64,000 nucleotides of DNA from Cycas panzhihuaensis (GCA_023213395.1 CM041465.1:41547741-41611740), one strand, 5' to 3'. Shown: positions 13,102-28,106, counted from the stretch's first letter. Numbers and translations are program-made. Notes: generated by a model from the letters alone, not told the origin.

Positions 13102-16003
13102 AGTAAACTAGGGGTAGAGAAAAATAAGACTATTCTATAATTGTGAAGAATATTCATATATTTCCAATGATCTGTGGTGTTAAAGAACACCAGTAAAATA
13201 TTCACCATATATTTATAGGTTAAGACATTAGGTGGGAGCCTACCATCGACTAATATTATTTTGAATTAAAATAATAAAATAATAAATAAAAATAACACAT
13301 ATCTTATTAAATATTAGTTGTAGATGGTTGGAGGTAGCCCCGTAGAGTCCCAAAGCCATAATGCATACATTTAACATAAATGAACATCATAAGTACTAAT
13401 ATTCTCCTACATAATGTTCCTTTTATATTACTCCAAGCTTATCTCTAAATTTATAGAACTTAACTTTCCTAAGTGCCTTTGTAAAGATGTCTATTATTTG
13501 ATATTTTGTACTATAATAAACAAACTTTATTTCTCTTAATTGGATAAGTTCCTAAATAAAATGATGTTGCATCTCAATATGTTTGGTTATTCTATGGAAA
13601 ATTAGATTATATGTTATTTGAATAGTGCTTTGATTATCACACCATATTTTGGTAGGACCATTATGTTCCAACTAAAGATCATGAACTAGATGATGTAGAT
13701 AAACTATTTTGCATGCACCTAATACTACTGCCTTATACTCTACTTTAGCTATAGATAATAAGATGGTATTCTACTTGTTGGTACTTTATGCAATAGTTGT
13801 TGAACCTAAACTAAAGTTGTATCTAGAAGTAGACTTTCTATCATCAATATCACTAACCCAATTAGAATCTATATACCCAATCAATCTAAAATTTGGTGAA
13901 GGTTTACAATGTAGCCTATAGTTTGTCATAACTTTTAGATATCTTAAAATATGCTTAGCCACTTACCAGTGTGTAGATTTAGGATCTTGCATAAATCTCA
14001 ACATAACACTAACCATACATATGATATCAAGTCATGTAGGTGTCAAATATATTAGGCTCCCAATAAACTATCTATATAATGTAGGATCCACCAGTGTAGA
14101 ATCATCAAGTTTGGATAGTTTGATACCAACTTCTACTAGTGTGAATAAGGCCTTGCAGTCACTTATCTTAAATTTTTGGAGTAAGTCCAAGGTATATTTC
14201 CTTTAGAAGATAAATATACCATCATCGTTTGGCCAAACTTCCAATCCTAGGAATTAATGCATCAACCCTAATTCTATCATTTTGAACTCTTTGCACATGT
14301 CATCCTTGAATTTTTTAGAAAGTTGGGAGCCATTTCCTATATAGACTAAGCCATCAATATGAAGTCCCATAATTAACATGAGATCTTCAATTTTGATGTA
14401 TCTCTTGAATCTTTAATCTCTAAAATATTTATCCATCCTAGATTACCATGCTCTAGGTGCTTATTTTAAACCATAAAGTGCCTTTTAAAGTTTATACTTT
14501 TTTTTTTTTTCTCCCTTAACTTCAAAAACTTTTGGTTATTAAACATATATATCCTCTTTAATGTAGATATTAAGAAGGGCATTTTTAACATTCATTTGAT
14601 GAACATCCTATCCTTTTTGGGTTACTAGACTTAATATCATATAAATAGTCTCTATTTGAGCAAAAGGAGTAAAGGTTTTATTGTAATCTATGCCTTCTCT
14701 TTATACATATCCTTTGGCAACAAGTCTAGATTTATGTTTGTCAATAGGTCCATTAGATCTAAACTTGGTCTTGTAGATTTGGTTCCAATGGTTGTTTTAT
14801 TAGGAGTAAGTTCAATGAGTTCTCATGTATCAATTTTAACTATAAAATTATATTCATCTTATATAGCTTGTCTTCATTCATCAGGAGTATTTACCTTTTC
14901 AAAGGTATAAGTCTCATGGACTTCTATTACTTGACTCATAAGGGTGAAGTTAACCTGATGTGAATGAGTAGATCTCTTGTCAAAGTTATTGTCCAATACA
15001 TTATCTAAGTCATGACTTCTTTGAATCTATTTGGGAAACCTTTGAGGTTGATTAGAGGTTCCCTTATCACTTGGCCTTAATACACCAATACTTTTCCATA
15101 AATCCTATCTAGGTGGTGCATAAGTGGACCTAAAAGATGAGTTAATCCTAATATTCTTGCATTTATCTTAGATACAATTTGATTAATAGTAGTCACCCTC
15201 TTTAAATACACCATCTCTATTAACCATAACCTTTATTTCTTTAGGATCATATATCTTATATGATTTTAACAGATCATTATACCCAATAAATATGCACTTA
15301 GTGCTCTTATCATCAAGTTTGGTCCTTTTTTATTATGGAATGTTAGCATAGACTAGGCATCCAAAATTTCTCAAGTGTTAAATGCTAGGTTTGTAACCAG
15401 TCCACACTTCTTCTGGTGTCATCCACCTAATGGCTTTAGTGGTACACCTATTTAGGAGGTAACCTATAGTGTGGATAGTTTCCACCTAAAATTCATGTCT
15501 GAATTTCTTGTCTTTTAGCATGAACCTATCCATCTCAACTATGGTGTGATTATTATGTTTAGCAACCATGTTTTTTTATGTAGTATATGGGTTTATGCAT
15601 TGCCTTATAATGCTATGGTATGTATAATAGGCATTAAATTCATTAGAAATGAACTCTCCCCCATTATTTGATCTTAGGGAAAGTATCTTGTGCCCACTTT
15701 CCTTCTCCATAAAAGTTTTGAAGTCTATAAAGCATCAAAATATATTTGACTTGAATTTTAGAAAATAGACCCATATCTTTCTTGTATAATCATTAATAAA
15801 AGTAAGGAAATAATTTATACCAGCTAGATATGGGACGTCCATTAGACCATAAAGATCTGTGTAGATTAAATGAAGCAGTCCCCTTGCTTTATAACTTCCA
15901 TCAAGAAAACAACCTCTACATTGCTTGCCTAGGAGGTAACCCTCATAAATGTCTTTGCCAACTTTAATTTATGGTAGTCCTTCAACCATATTTATTCTCT
16001 TCA
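13102..16003 (-). mobile_element. Element H: 5'-truncated Ty1/copia (INT-RT-RH plus 3' LTR 13102-13401) inside the 3' LTR of A
   Basis: Minus strand reads TKHIEMQHHF, IIDIFTKAL (RNase H), YVQREGIDYNKTF, MNVKNALL (RT), RSNNGGEFISNEF (INT core) and a GAG-pre-integrase stretch at ~15900-16000. PPT complement at 13402-13416. A-family LTR resumes at ~16004. Confidence 0.88.
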
Positions 16004-18740
16004 TAAGATGGTACCTTGATCTCCTAAAGAAGGTTCTAATATAAAAAGAATAATTATTCTATCTACAATAAGAGTTAGGAGTTAAGCAAAGTAAGATTAT
16101 ACTAAGAACAATCTTCTTATAACCAATACAAATCTCAAAACCTTAGAAAGAACTCAAGCTATACTTTGAGGGCTATGAAGGATCAAAGAGAGAGGGAGTA
16201 AAATGGACTAAAAATTACATAGGGAGAGGATTTTAGCCACTATAAATTATTACCATAAGCCTAGTCACTCACCTTCTAAGTTAGATTTTAGCATAAAGGC
16301 CAAGTATATGGAGTTCTAACAAGGTTGTGAATAGGAACTGGAGAACCTAAGGCCTCCTTTACTCTTTTTAAAAGAACTCTTTATGTAAAGAGAAGGATAT
16401 AGAATAGTAAAGCCAATTCACAAAGAAAATTCTTTAAGAAAAATCCACTCAATTCTTACTGTAAGTTCTTTTTTCTTTTTCTTAAGGAAAACAAAAGAAC
16501 TAAAGAAAATAAAAGGAAACTTTACAAATGAGATAGCTTACCAAATAAAAGTTACCTTCTTAAAGAGAAGAGTAAATCTTACCTTAAATCTATATCCTTG
16601 CTTCTCCAACTACCCCAAATTAGGCCTTCAAGTTTGTTGAGAGTGAAAAAAGAGCAAAATAAAAAAAGAAGAAAGATAGAGCTTGTAGATGGAGGAGAAA
16701 AGTAAAGGAGAAGAGAAGCTTAGAGAGAAAGGAAGAGTGAAGAGGAGTTGATTCAACTTCAAGACTATTTTTGTTCTAATAAAAGCTCTAAAATCTACTT
16801 CAAATAGGCCTCCAAATGATCCAAGTGGGAGTTGCACATGTGAGTGAGAAAATTGGTAGCACTTTATTGCATGAATTGATCTCCTCCCTTCTTATGAGAA
16901 AATGATAATATTTTATAGAGAAAAAGTGGAGGGAGGAGGGCTAAAATAGTGGGGAGGTGAAGTTGTGATTTTTTGTAATCTAATATCTATATAGTAAGAA
17001 AAAATAACTTATCATTTTTATTTATTTTTTATATATGTGGGAATATGAAATGTATGATCGATAGTGAAAAATGTGTCCAGTAATAAAAAATGTAACCAAT
17101 AAATAAAAAATATAACCAAAAATATACTAAAAGTATGACCAAAGTGAAGTTCATATTTTTCTTTATATGAAGGTAACATTCTATGAAGGAGGTCACATTT
17201 TTAGATAATACTAAAAATATGACCTTCACTTAAAAACATGATCAATAAAAGGAGGACCAAAAGGTGATCTTCAACCCAAAAAACTCAAAATTTTTTAAAA
17301 GAAAATATATCACAAAGCAATATGTTGATGTAGCAAGGGGTTGGTTTAGTTATAAAGTTAATTTTTAAAGAGAAAAAATAATATATTGAATCAATAAAGG
17401 GTACTCGATAAAACTTAATTGAGAAAGTTAGAGTATGCTTTAAATTAATAGACACTTTTATGATCCTTTGCATCATTAGCAATATAAGTTAAGCACATAC
17501 ATAATCAGTATGAATGTATTAAATCATGATACTAAGTAGTTACTAAATTATAATATAATCCAAAAATAAAACCCTAATAACAAACAAAAAGAATGTGGGA
17601 CCTAACCATTATTAGGAGAGGGCATGATTAGTTGAAACAATTTCACCCTTAGTAATAAAAGCTCTATGAATAGATTGATGTAGGATGGTGAACATTACCA
17701 ACATTATTGATATTAAGTTAACTAGGAACATAGGCTACCTAGAATACTTGTTGAGTTATTTAGATATGGTTGAGGATGGTGATGATTAAAAGATAGGCAA
17801 ATAGGATGAATGAGTAAGGTTGATTATATTGCCTTGATGAATTCCTATCTATCTATCTAAACTAACTAATTAGAAAGAAATTATTTTTATTATTATATTT
17901 TATTATTATTATTTTTTTTTAAGATGAAATATAAAAAAGCTTAAGTACAAATATGTACCCACCATAGTTTTTCCCTATTCGTGGCTGATTTTTATAGGTG
18001 TTAGGATCCATTATAGGTTTACCTCTTCAATGTATGATTTTCAAAGGAATGGTCACTTCAAATTTCTTGAGTGAGATTATGAGACTTTAGAGGATAAGCA
18101 ATGTAATTTGGTCTAAATAGGCTACCTGGACCATAGAAAATATAATATTAGAAGAGAATGAAGTCAATGGGTTACAAATAAGGCTATGTTTTGATATGGT
18201 TGCTTTTGGAGAAAAAAGGGAAGGTCTTGAAGGATGAATGTGACATAATGATGACTAGAAGGCTTAAAAAGTTTAACAAGGGGTAAGTTTAGTATTAGCA
18301 TCAATCAATAATCATTAAGAAACTTGCTCAAGGGTTATTTGATGATTTGAATTTTTTGAAATATATGTTAATTGGGGAATTAAGGTTTATATTCTTCTTT
18401 GGATGAAAATAAAATCTATTTATGATTCGAAGAAGTTGGAGATAAGGCTTTATTAGAGGGCATTTCTAATTTTCTAAGAGATCTAATTGTTAGATTTTCA
18501 TATTGTGAGAAGCAATATATCTAGGATGAGATGATGGCTTAGTAGATACATTATTTAATGAGTTTAAAGGCTAGAATTTCTTTTTTTGGGTTTAATTTTA
18601 GGATTTTCTATTCAAAAAATGTAAGATCCCATTGAAAACTACAATATTAAGTTTAAAAATATAGGTTCACATTTAAAAACATGACCTATAATATAGAAAA
18701 TGTAATCAAAATTTTGATTACATATTTAGTGTTACATAGG

Positions 18741-18893
18741 TTATAGTTTTTAATTAAAGATCATGATTTTTAACTAAAGATCATATTTTTCAATTGAAAA
18801 AATCATGGTTTCTAATCAAAGATAACCGTTTTCAATTGAAGATCATAGTTTTCAACTAAAGATAGTGGTTTCTAGCTGAAGATCATAATTTTT
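18741..18893. repeat. Degenerate 20-bp tandem repeat (about 8 units) in the 3' region of A
   Basis: Consensus roughly GATCATRGTTTTCAACTRAA, repeated head to tail. Confidence 0.8.
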
Positions 18894-19149
18894 CTTCTTT
18901 GTATAAGCTTTATAAGTTAGAGTATTTATATTAGTTTATACTCCTTGCAAAGTGAAGGATCTATCACTAGGAAAGTGTATGACTACCATAGTTTAGACTC
19001 TTTAGTAAATGCCTTTTCAAAGTCATAATTTATTCTCATTATAAAGAGAAGGCTCCTGAGAGCAAGTCTTGGGGGAGGGATAGATTGTTTTGACTTATAA
19101 ATAAGGAAGCACATGCCCCTAGTGTATTAGGACTAGGCTATAGATGATG

Positions 19150-19541
19150 GTATTCAATTATGTCAGAAACAAGTGAGTTGTATTTAGCATTTAGGGTCTT
19201 TGGTATGTGTTGAATGGTAATAGAGGTAAAGCAAGCTAGTAGGGTAGTGACATCACCAAGCAAACAATGCAAGTAGCTTAAACAAATTTAGTAAATAGGA
19301 GTGTGTTGATAAAATATGATTTGAAAATTTAAAAATAGGTTGATAGGTCCATTATGGAAATTAAAGATATTATTAAGAGCTTCGATGACTACTAAATATT
19401 TAGTTTTATTGTTAGTTGCTTATGGGATGAAAAAAACACACTAGTGAGGATAACTCCCCTATGGTTATGGATGACCCATATTATAATAGAAACTCTTGAG
19501 TTCCTTTGGCTTCCACAATTGGTAAATATATTCAAGGCCAT
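19150..19541 (-). pseudogene. Archaeal-type RNase H (aRH) ORF remnant of A, downstream of integrase
   Basis: From ATG at 19541: MALNIFTNCGSQRNSRVSIIIWVIHNHRGVILTS/IP*ATNNKTKYLVVIEALNNIFNFHNGPINLFL. Collinear with the aRH of B (44081-44302). Left boundary approximate. Confidence 0.78.
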
Positions 19542-19919
19542 AATAGGTAAAAGGGGAGACTCATAGATAAATTTACAAATAGGAAGAAGGTATATGAATC
19601 AATTATCAAGGGTGTTACCTAGCTTAATTGACACAACTTTAAAGTATAAAAAATAGGTATTCCTATAGTTTGCTTTCATTACTATAGCTACCTTTTTTAA
19701 AGTTAATACATAACCTCCTAAATGTCAAAGAAGTTTTAATCATAATTGAGGTCATGATGGACCTAAGCAACTAGATCCAAAGTTCTTAAATGATATACAC
19801 AACTAGATCTAAACTACATTTTATAAGTGAAGATGAAGTTGACACATGACTTGCCCCAAATACTAAGAGAGTGTTAATAACTATATACAAGAATATATAT
19901 ATATTCTCTCTTCTCTTCC

Positions 19920-19925
<6 letters not shown>

Positions 19926-19961
<36 letters not shown>
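19926..19961. repeat. (CT)n microsatellite
   Basis: About 18 perfect CT units. Confidence 0.95.
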
Positions 19962-19967
<6 letters not shown>

Positions 19968-21649
19968 CATTTTTAAGTAAGGGTATCACTCCATACAAAG
20001 ATTTAAAGAAGAGTCATGGTGAACTCAACATCAATGAACCCACCTTCTAGATGAGTCATCTTATCTAACCTATTACTTGTTAAAGGATAGGTGATTATAA
20101 TTATCACATGATATTCATTGAGGCGTAATGGATGAGGATGAATAATAGCTTTGGAGAGTATAGTTGTAACTAGCCAAATCATAGAGGATTGGGATATAAA
20201 GGATTTTGGATGAAAAAAAGACTAAGGCCACACCCTTGAGAGATGAACTACATGTATTTATAGGATGTTTGATCAAAGTGTCTATAAGGGCAAGAGGGGA
20301 AGGTCTTGAATAACAATCTACCAAGAAGTAAAACGAGTACTAACAATGGAGTTTACTTTAGAACTAGGTACCCAATAAATCATAGGGAAAGAGGGACAAG
20401 TTAAAGCCATTTACACAAGTAGAATTCCATGTACTAGAAGATAACTTGTAGGTAGTAAAATGTAGATTAGGGGTCTAATGAAATAGTTAACTTACCAATT
20501 GAGTAAAGGTTAAAGGACATTTTAATTAGTAAGAGTATAAGAGGATCTATTGAGTAGCTTAAGGAGTTAAGAATGAGTGATAGCATTATGAATATCTATG
20601 AATTATTTTGAAGTAAAAGAAGATAGAGAAGCTGATAAGTTGTATCAATAATTAAAGACCATCTTGTTAAGTGAAGTTGGGGTTAGTAAAAGCCTAAAAG
20701 GATTGAGGAAAATAACAAAGGGAAAAAAATTAGTATGTGTTTTTTTTGTTATTTTAAGGTTTTGTATATTTTTCAATTTTTTTCTTTTCAGACAACCAAG
20801 TATATATATTTAGTTTATACTCATTTTTAGAGTGGAAAAAAACCCTAAAGGAGAGAATAAATGTAATGCTAAGATGATGGTGACATTCCCAAGATTAAGA
20901 GAGAGTAGCTAGGAATAATTAAATATCCCATCCCCACAAGTCTAATGTTAGTTGATTTGGTCAAAGAATAAATCCATCAAAAAAATCAAATAACTTCATG
21001 CTTGTATGAATGAAGAAAATTTTGAATTATGTTGGCTTCTCCTAAAGAAGAGGTTGAATGTAATTTAGATGACATACTCAAGAAAGATCATATGAATGAG
21101 TATCAATGTCAACAAACCTTGAATGCCTAACATCATATGATATTTCCAAAAAGAAACTCATTGCTTACTAAGTGAATAGATGAACTCACATAGCAAGTAA
21201 CTAGTCTCCCAAGAATGTTGGATTCTCCCTTAGTTGTTTCCATGGATAAGAGGCTTTGAGGGACCTTTTCCATACTCAGGCCCTCCTTATCCCATGATTC
21301 TCATATGGGTATATCCTTCTTTGCACTCCCTCATATTCCTAAGTTTGTTAAACTTAACTTAACATGGCTCCTAACTCCACTTCTTAGGGTTTGTAAAGAA
21401 CCACACCTTATGTAAAGGCATATCAGTATGATGGATTTTGAGTGTTAAACCTAAAAGGAAAAGATCATATTCTAGACTCATTATAGAGCATGGATATTTT
21501 ATCTTTATTTTTGAGTCATGCCCTCCCAAGTTTATGACTAGGGAGGGAGGAAAGTATTTAACCTACCATGGTTTAGGCTCACTAGTAAGAAGACTTTCAG
21601 AGCCATAGTTTACCCTTATTGTAAAGCATGTCTTAGATTTATTAAGCAT

Positions 21650-24600
21650 AATATCTTCTTGAAATTCAAGAATTGATAAGTTTTTAAAATTTAAGCCCAT
21701 TAAGGGTAGAGAGATAATAAGCCCCATTATTCAATCCTTTAACAACTAATAGGGTCCCACCCACCTGGAGTTAATTTTTTGTTTCCTTTTATAGAAATAT
21801 ATAAATTTGATTATTTTGTCTCATGCATGAAATTTTCTTGGTCTCAAGTAATGGTCATGAGCTATCTAGTCTTAATTCTTTGAGGACAAGCTCTTTTGAT
21901 AAGCATTGAGGTGGATTTCATCCATCTTGTCAAGTTCTAATAGCCTTACCTGCCTTAATCATTCTTCATCAATGAAGTGTTTAAGTTAGACCTTAAGCAA
22001 TGCGATATCTATCTCTAATGAAAGCATGACTTCAATCCCATAGACTAACAAAAATAGAGTCATCCATATTGTATTTCTAATTAAAATGTGATAAAACCAT
22101 AAGGTAGAAAAAGGTTGAGTGTGCCAATCTTACTAAGAGTTAGCAACTATTTTGGCCAAGATCTTTACTAAGGTCTTATTGAAGGCTTTAATTTAACCAT
22201 TAGCCTATGGGTGGTAAGGGGATGATTTCCTATGGATAATGTTAAATAGACCATAATGTCCATTAATGTAGGAGTTACATAATAAAGTTTCATTATCCAT
22301 AATTATAACATTGGGAACTCCAAACCTATAAATGATGTATTAGAAAATGAAACTAACAACCACTTTTCTAGTCATGGTAGACAAATGGATTATCTCACTC
22401 CATTTCATGAAGTATTAAGTCATGGCTAAAATGAACTTACGTTTGGTAAAATATAGGGTGTGCAATTTCCTAATAATGTTGAGACCTCATTAAGGGAATG
22501 GCCAGGGGACAAGGATTGATTTAAGTGAAGTAGTTAATTAATAGATTAAAGATGAATGCACTTTGAATTTCTCATACTTTTACACATGAATATGTATCTT
22601 TGAATAAAGATAGCTAATAATATTCCATTCAAAGAATTCATAAAGTTGTGGACTAACCACCAAAGTGGCCACCATAAATGTCGTGGCATTCAGCTAGGGT
22701 AACTTGGGATTTTAAAGGTGAGAGGCATCATAACAAAATCGCATTGAAGGAGCATTTGTATAATACATCATCTAAGAGAAGGTATTAGTGAGAAAAGGCC
22801 CTCACTCTTTTTCTCTTCTTAGAATTAGCATTAGGAGGATAAGTTTGGTCTAAAAGATAATCTCAAATTTCTTTATACCAATCATGATTAATGGGAATAA
22901 TGTCAACTTGTAAGATATACTCATTTGGGACCAAGTCATTTACATAGATGGAATTATGATTAGGATGTAGTGCTATAGAAAGCTACTCAACAATAACCAT
23001 TCTCTTTTTAGACTTTTGATTTACCATTCATAAGTCAAATTCTTGTAATAATAAATCCCACCTACTAGCTCATCTAGTTAGATTAATTTTAGTAAGAAAT
23101 AAGTAAATTAGGTTAGATTAATTAATCACAAGAGTAGTATTACTTATCAGGTAATGTTATAGATTTTTGTTAGTATAGATTAAGGCCAAGTACTCTTTTT
23201 CAAATGAAGAATAATTGATCTCAATGGCCACTAAAGTATAACTAATGAATTAAATGGATCATTCTTTAGCAAATCCATCTTCTTAGGCTAATATAGTGCT
23301 AAGAGAGTCCTATGTGGAAGAGGTGTATAGGATGAAAAACTTATCAAAACATGGTGAAGTAAGCATAGGAGCTAAGATTATGGCTTTTTCAAGCTTGTTG
23401 AAGGATTCCTAACTCACTAAGATCCATTCTATAGGAGCATATTTCTTAAGAAGGTTATTTAGAGGTTTGGAAATAAGGGTAAAATTAGTGAAGAATTGTC
23501 GCAAAAAGCCAAGTCTCCCTAAAAATGATTTAACCTATTTCTAAGTATGATGTGGTAAAATTTTAATAATGGCCACAACCTTATCTAAATCCACCTTGAT
23601 ATCATCCTTAGAAATAATGTTACTGAGCATTTTCTTAGAAGTGACTACAAAAATAAACTTGTTGAGGTTTAAACAAAGTTGATATTTCTATTAGCATTCA
23701 AAGATAGTCCTTAGATCATGGATATAGTCCTCTTGATGGTGTGATAGACCTATCATATCATCAAAGTATACCACTATGGTGATTCCTAATAGGTTATAAA
23801 AAATGAACACCATAGCTTATTGATAAGTTGTTCTAGCATCTTTTAGGCCAAAAGGCATAACCTTGTAGACAAATATACCCCAGGATGTGGTGTGGTAAAA
23901 GTAGTCTTATGGTAGTTTTTAGAATAAATAAGGATTTGATTATAACCTCAAAAACCATCCACAAGAAACATTACTTCACAATTGATAGTTTGATCCTAAA
24001 TTTGATTAATAAATAGGAGTGAAATTTTATCTTTAAGGGCATAATCATTTACATCCTAAAAAATGATATAAATCCAAATGGAACCAATCTTTTTAACAAT
24101 AAGAACAATGTTAGATACCTATTAAGAATAGTTAATTAATTCAATAAATCTCATGTCAATAAGAATTTCAACCACTTGCTTGATAATGATAGAAAGCCAA
24201 GAGTGGATTGGTCTCTATATTTAGCATTTAGATTTGGCCCTTAATATAGTAGTGATATTATGAACCATGACATTCAAGTGGAGTCCCTTTATGTTAAATT
24301 AATCCCATGAAGAGATAGAAGAAAATTCAATGAAAAGGTTGTGTAATTACTCCATTTCTAAATATAAACAACTAGGACCAACCTTGATTAGTTTGGGTTC
24401 CTCCCATATTCCTAAAATAATATCAATAGCATCATCAACTAGCATGGTGTTTCCTTCTTCAAAATAGGGAGGAGTTGGATTGAGTGGTAATGTCAAAGAA
24501 ATGACTTACTGATCATAGGTTGACGAGGAAGGGTATAAGTGGATACATTTGGAAAAACCTAATTTATGATGGTTAAGGGAAATTTTGGAAGAAGAGCATA

Positions 24601-27600
24601 CCAAATATTTAAGAATAGCCCCATCATTCTCAAAATGGTCTAGATGAAAGATACTCTTAAGGAGAGAGTGGGTCTCTAGAAGAGGAGTGTGAAGGAGCTT
24701 ATTCAAGGAAGTTGGTTATGGTAATGAAGGAACCAATATGAGGGGGATAATATCAATAAGATTGGATGTCATTTGTGAAAGGGGTCACCTACACAAGAAA
24801 ACTCCAATCAAGTTATGCTAGAATATTGAATTGAGATGGGAAATTTTACTAAGATGTAATGTGATTAAGAGGGTCAAAAACTAAAGATGAAATTTATACC
24901 AACTCATCACATGAAAGGGTTCCCTCAGACTTAGAAAGAGAGGTGTCTTACAAGAAGTTGATAGTAATTATATGTATTAGTTTAACTTCCACATGACTAG
25001 GTTAAAGCATAGACTCTGTGTCAAAATATTGACCAAATCCTAATAAGAAAAAAGGAGAAGAAGACTCTCCTTCTTCTTAAATGGTTTCAACAAGTAGGAT
25101 AATTTTTTATATAGTCTTGTTTTTGTGTTTTATAACATTTAGCTTTCCCTCATGAACAAACTTGAGCTTGCCAAATGATAGAGAATAAACTATTGACATT
25201 TAATTAATCTAAAGTCAACTTAAGAGCATATTAAACTGAATATTGAAGTTAATGATAGTGACTTTGACCATAATTGTATTACTTATTAAAGTAAGAGGGA
25301 GAGATCCTACTTGATTAGGGTTTTTTCATTCTTATTATAACCTTGACAAACCTAATCCATCAACTTACAAGATAAGATTTCAAGATCTTTTAAGAGGCAT
25401 AGGGGAATGACATTAATGGAGGTACCTTTGCCTACTATACATCTCTTAGTTTTAATATCATCCTTCATTATATAAATGTAAAATGGAGTGGTCTCATTAT
25501 GATTTTATTCCTCTCCACTAGGCAATAGAGTAAGATTAAAGACCAAGGTAAGGTATCCAAGAGAGATAGTTTTAAGGACACCTAGAGTATCCAAAAGTAT
25601 TTGCCTTTGATCAAGGCAAATTTTCAAAAGATCCAAGACTAAGATTCTAGTAGAAATAGACTTTAGCTCTTCTACAAGTGAGAAAGATCCTTCCTTAGTG
25701 AGTTATGGTATTGACCTAAAGTGAATAGTTCTAATAGGCAACTAAGGAGGTGGATTAGATGACTTATCCTTGAATGGAACATTAGAGTCATAAGGTTTAT
25801 CTATAGTAGAAACTTTGCAAGGTTCCACATGTTAATAATATTTTTGGTCTATTCCCCCTTTATAGGCAACTTATTTTGAGGATTAACCTTTCTAAGGTCA
25901 TGTCTCTTAGGAGAAGATCTTTTTTCTTTTTGTGTGTGTGGGGGGGAGGGGGTGGGGGGGTGGGGTTCATACTTGAAGTATAAAGAGTCATGGTTATATT
26001 AGGCTTTAACCTTACCCTTATCTTTAGACACTTTCATAGTATGGTTAGGTAATAGGTTCTTATAAATCAACTAGTTTTGATTGAGTTTAGATATTGATTT
26101 CTCATTAGTTAGACCATGTCTAAGAAGAGCTTTAAGTTTATTACATTCCTAATAATCATGAGTATTAGTTTGATGATAAGAGCATCAAGGCATCTTCTTT
26201 AGAGAAATGGCATTTAAGGGTTGAACTTCTTTTGCTTAGCAAATTGGATAATTTTTGCTTCTTTTTTAATCTCAAGATTAAGATTAAGATCAACTTGTCA
26301 TTTAGTATTGATCAATCTTTTAAATTCTTGAATAGTAGAAGTAAGGTTATTGTCTTTATGATCACCTTAAGGAGGTTTAGTTTTTATTGAATAGGTAGGT
26401 TCATCTTTAGAAGTAGATGGTTTATATAGTTTTTAACTCTTATTTAAATCTTAAAGGATTTAAAAGTAAGATACTTCTCAATTGTATTTTTATATAATAT
26501 AGGCATGAACTTGAGGACTTCAAGATTGGCTTGTGGTCTTAAGGCACTAGTGAATAAATTACAAAGTAGGTTATCATCTAGGGGGCCTTAGAAGGCATGA
26601 ATAAGGTCTTAGAAGTGATGAACAAAGTCACATGAAGACTCCTCTACTCCTTACTTGATTGATAATAAGGACTTGATCCCTATGTCAAAGGGGTGAGAAA
26701 CATCAAAATAATTAATGAAGGCATCTAATAATTACTAGAAAGAATAGATGGATGTAGGCTTTAACCAATAAAACCACTTTAATGCATCACCTTAAAGGGT
26801 TTTAGGAAAGAGTCACATCATCACATAGTCATATGGTAAATAATCAATATAAGAAAGTGTAAAGGCATGAACATGGGCGTAGGATCTTGGGCTAATTTGC
26901 CTATAAATTTAGGTAATTTATGAACAAAAAGAGGGAGAAGAGAGAGAATGATCTCTTTTAGAAAGGGACTACTTCTATAATCTAAATATGACCTCTTTAC
27001 CTTTAATAAAGAGGATGGTCAAGGTGGTATTTGAGTTTGGTCTAAGTGCCCTATTACTTTGAAATAAGGAAAGTAAGTGGGATAAGAGGAACAAGGATTA
27101 GTCCACACAAATCCCAAATGAAGTATAGTAGACATGTGAGACATGGGTGTCCCATGAGATAAGAAGTTATTTGGGTGATGAGGCATTTTAGGGAGGTATG
27201 ACCCATAGCTAATACATTGGCTAGAGTGATCTTCGAGGTTAGCTATAGGAGGTAGACCATAAGTAGTGGTGGGGGGTTATCAAGAGTATAGATCATGTGA
27301 CTGTATGATTTTTTCCTCTACTCTTGACATGTACAAAGGTTGTTGAGGAGGAATGAATGAAGATGGTTGAGGTGTAGGAAACTGAGTAGCATGGTGATAT
27401 GTTTGAGTTTCCTAAATAAAAGGATTACCTTGTGGAGGGTGATTTACTTTCATAGGAGAAGAAGCACTTCTAGGTGGTGGGGATATGCCATACTAATGTG
27501 AAAGGAAAATACTAGAAGAAGTGCCCTAAGTAGGGGGAATAATTCTAGCCTAAGGATCCATTTTAAAAGTCTCCAATGGATGGGTAGGTTGCTAATTTAT

Positions 27601-28106
27601 AGAAGGAGGAACATGAGGGTCTTGAATATGATTATTAGGGCTAATAGTTAATAAAAAGGGTTAGGGAGTAAGCACATGGTTCCTCTTCTCTTAGGAAATG
27701 ATATATAAGCAAGCATAGGTATGGGTGATACAACCTAAATTTTCCTTAAAGGTATGTTTTATAGTAGGAGGGGGATGTATTTAAGATGCTTCATGTCCCT
27801 CATTAGGAGGCAAGGCTCCCTTATGTCCTAATAGGTATGGGAAGGCATAATAGTTCCTTTAAAAGAGGCATTTCAAAATGGATAAAGAGTCTTCCTTATA
27901 GGAACCTCATATAGAAGTGGCTCTTCCTTATATTCAAAAGGGTTGTTGATGTTAGGAGTCCTAACAAGGGTGTTAATATTAGTAATTAAAGTCTTATAAT
28001 CTTCAAGAAGTGGAAGGTTAAGGGGAAGAGAAGATGATAATGGGTCTTTGGATAAAAGGCTAAGGAGTCTTCTAGATCACTTAATATTTATGTAAAAAGG
28101 ATCCAT
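21650..28106 (-). pseudogene. gag-pol pseudogene of A (gag, CX2HX4HX4C knuckle, PR, RT, RH, INT)
   Basis: Putative start MDPFYINIK at 28106. Gag FPKTL*GDALKWFY, knuckle CSYHQTNTHDY*EC (~26140-26185), PR KGTSINVIP (~25410), RT YKVMPFGLKDARTTYQ and VVYFDDMI, RH INYSSFEKEYLAL, INT GHFGG, YRFGVPNVII, SSPYHP. No aRH between RH and INT. Confidence 0.9.

Noticed and set aside
12565-17639. A-family LTR as a solo LTR
   Set aside because: Its flanks (CACAT vs ATTTC) do not match. The matching TSD is at 56221-56225, so it is the 3' LTR of full element A.
19786-19998. ORF with an ERERER tract
   Set aside because: Translation of the (CT)n microsatellite.
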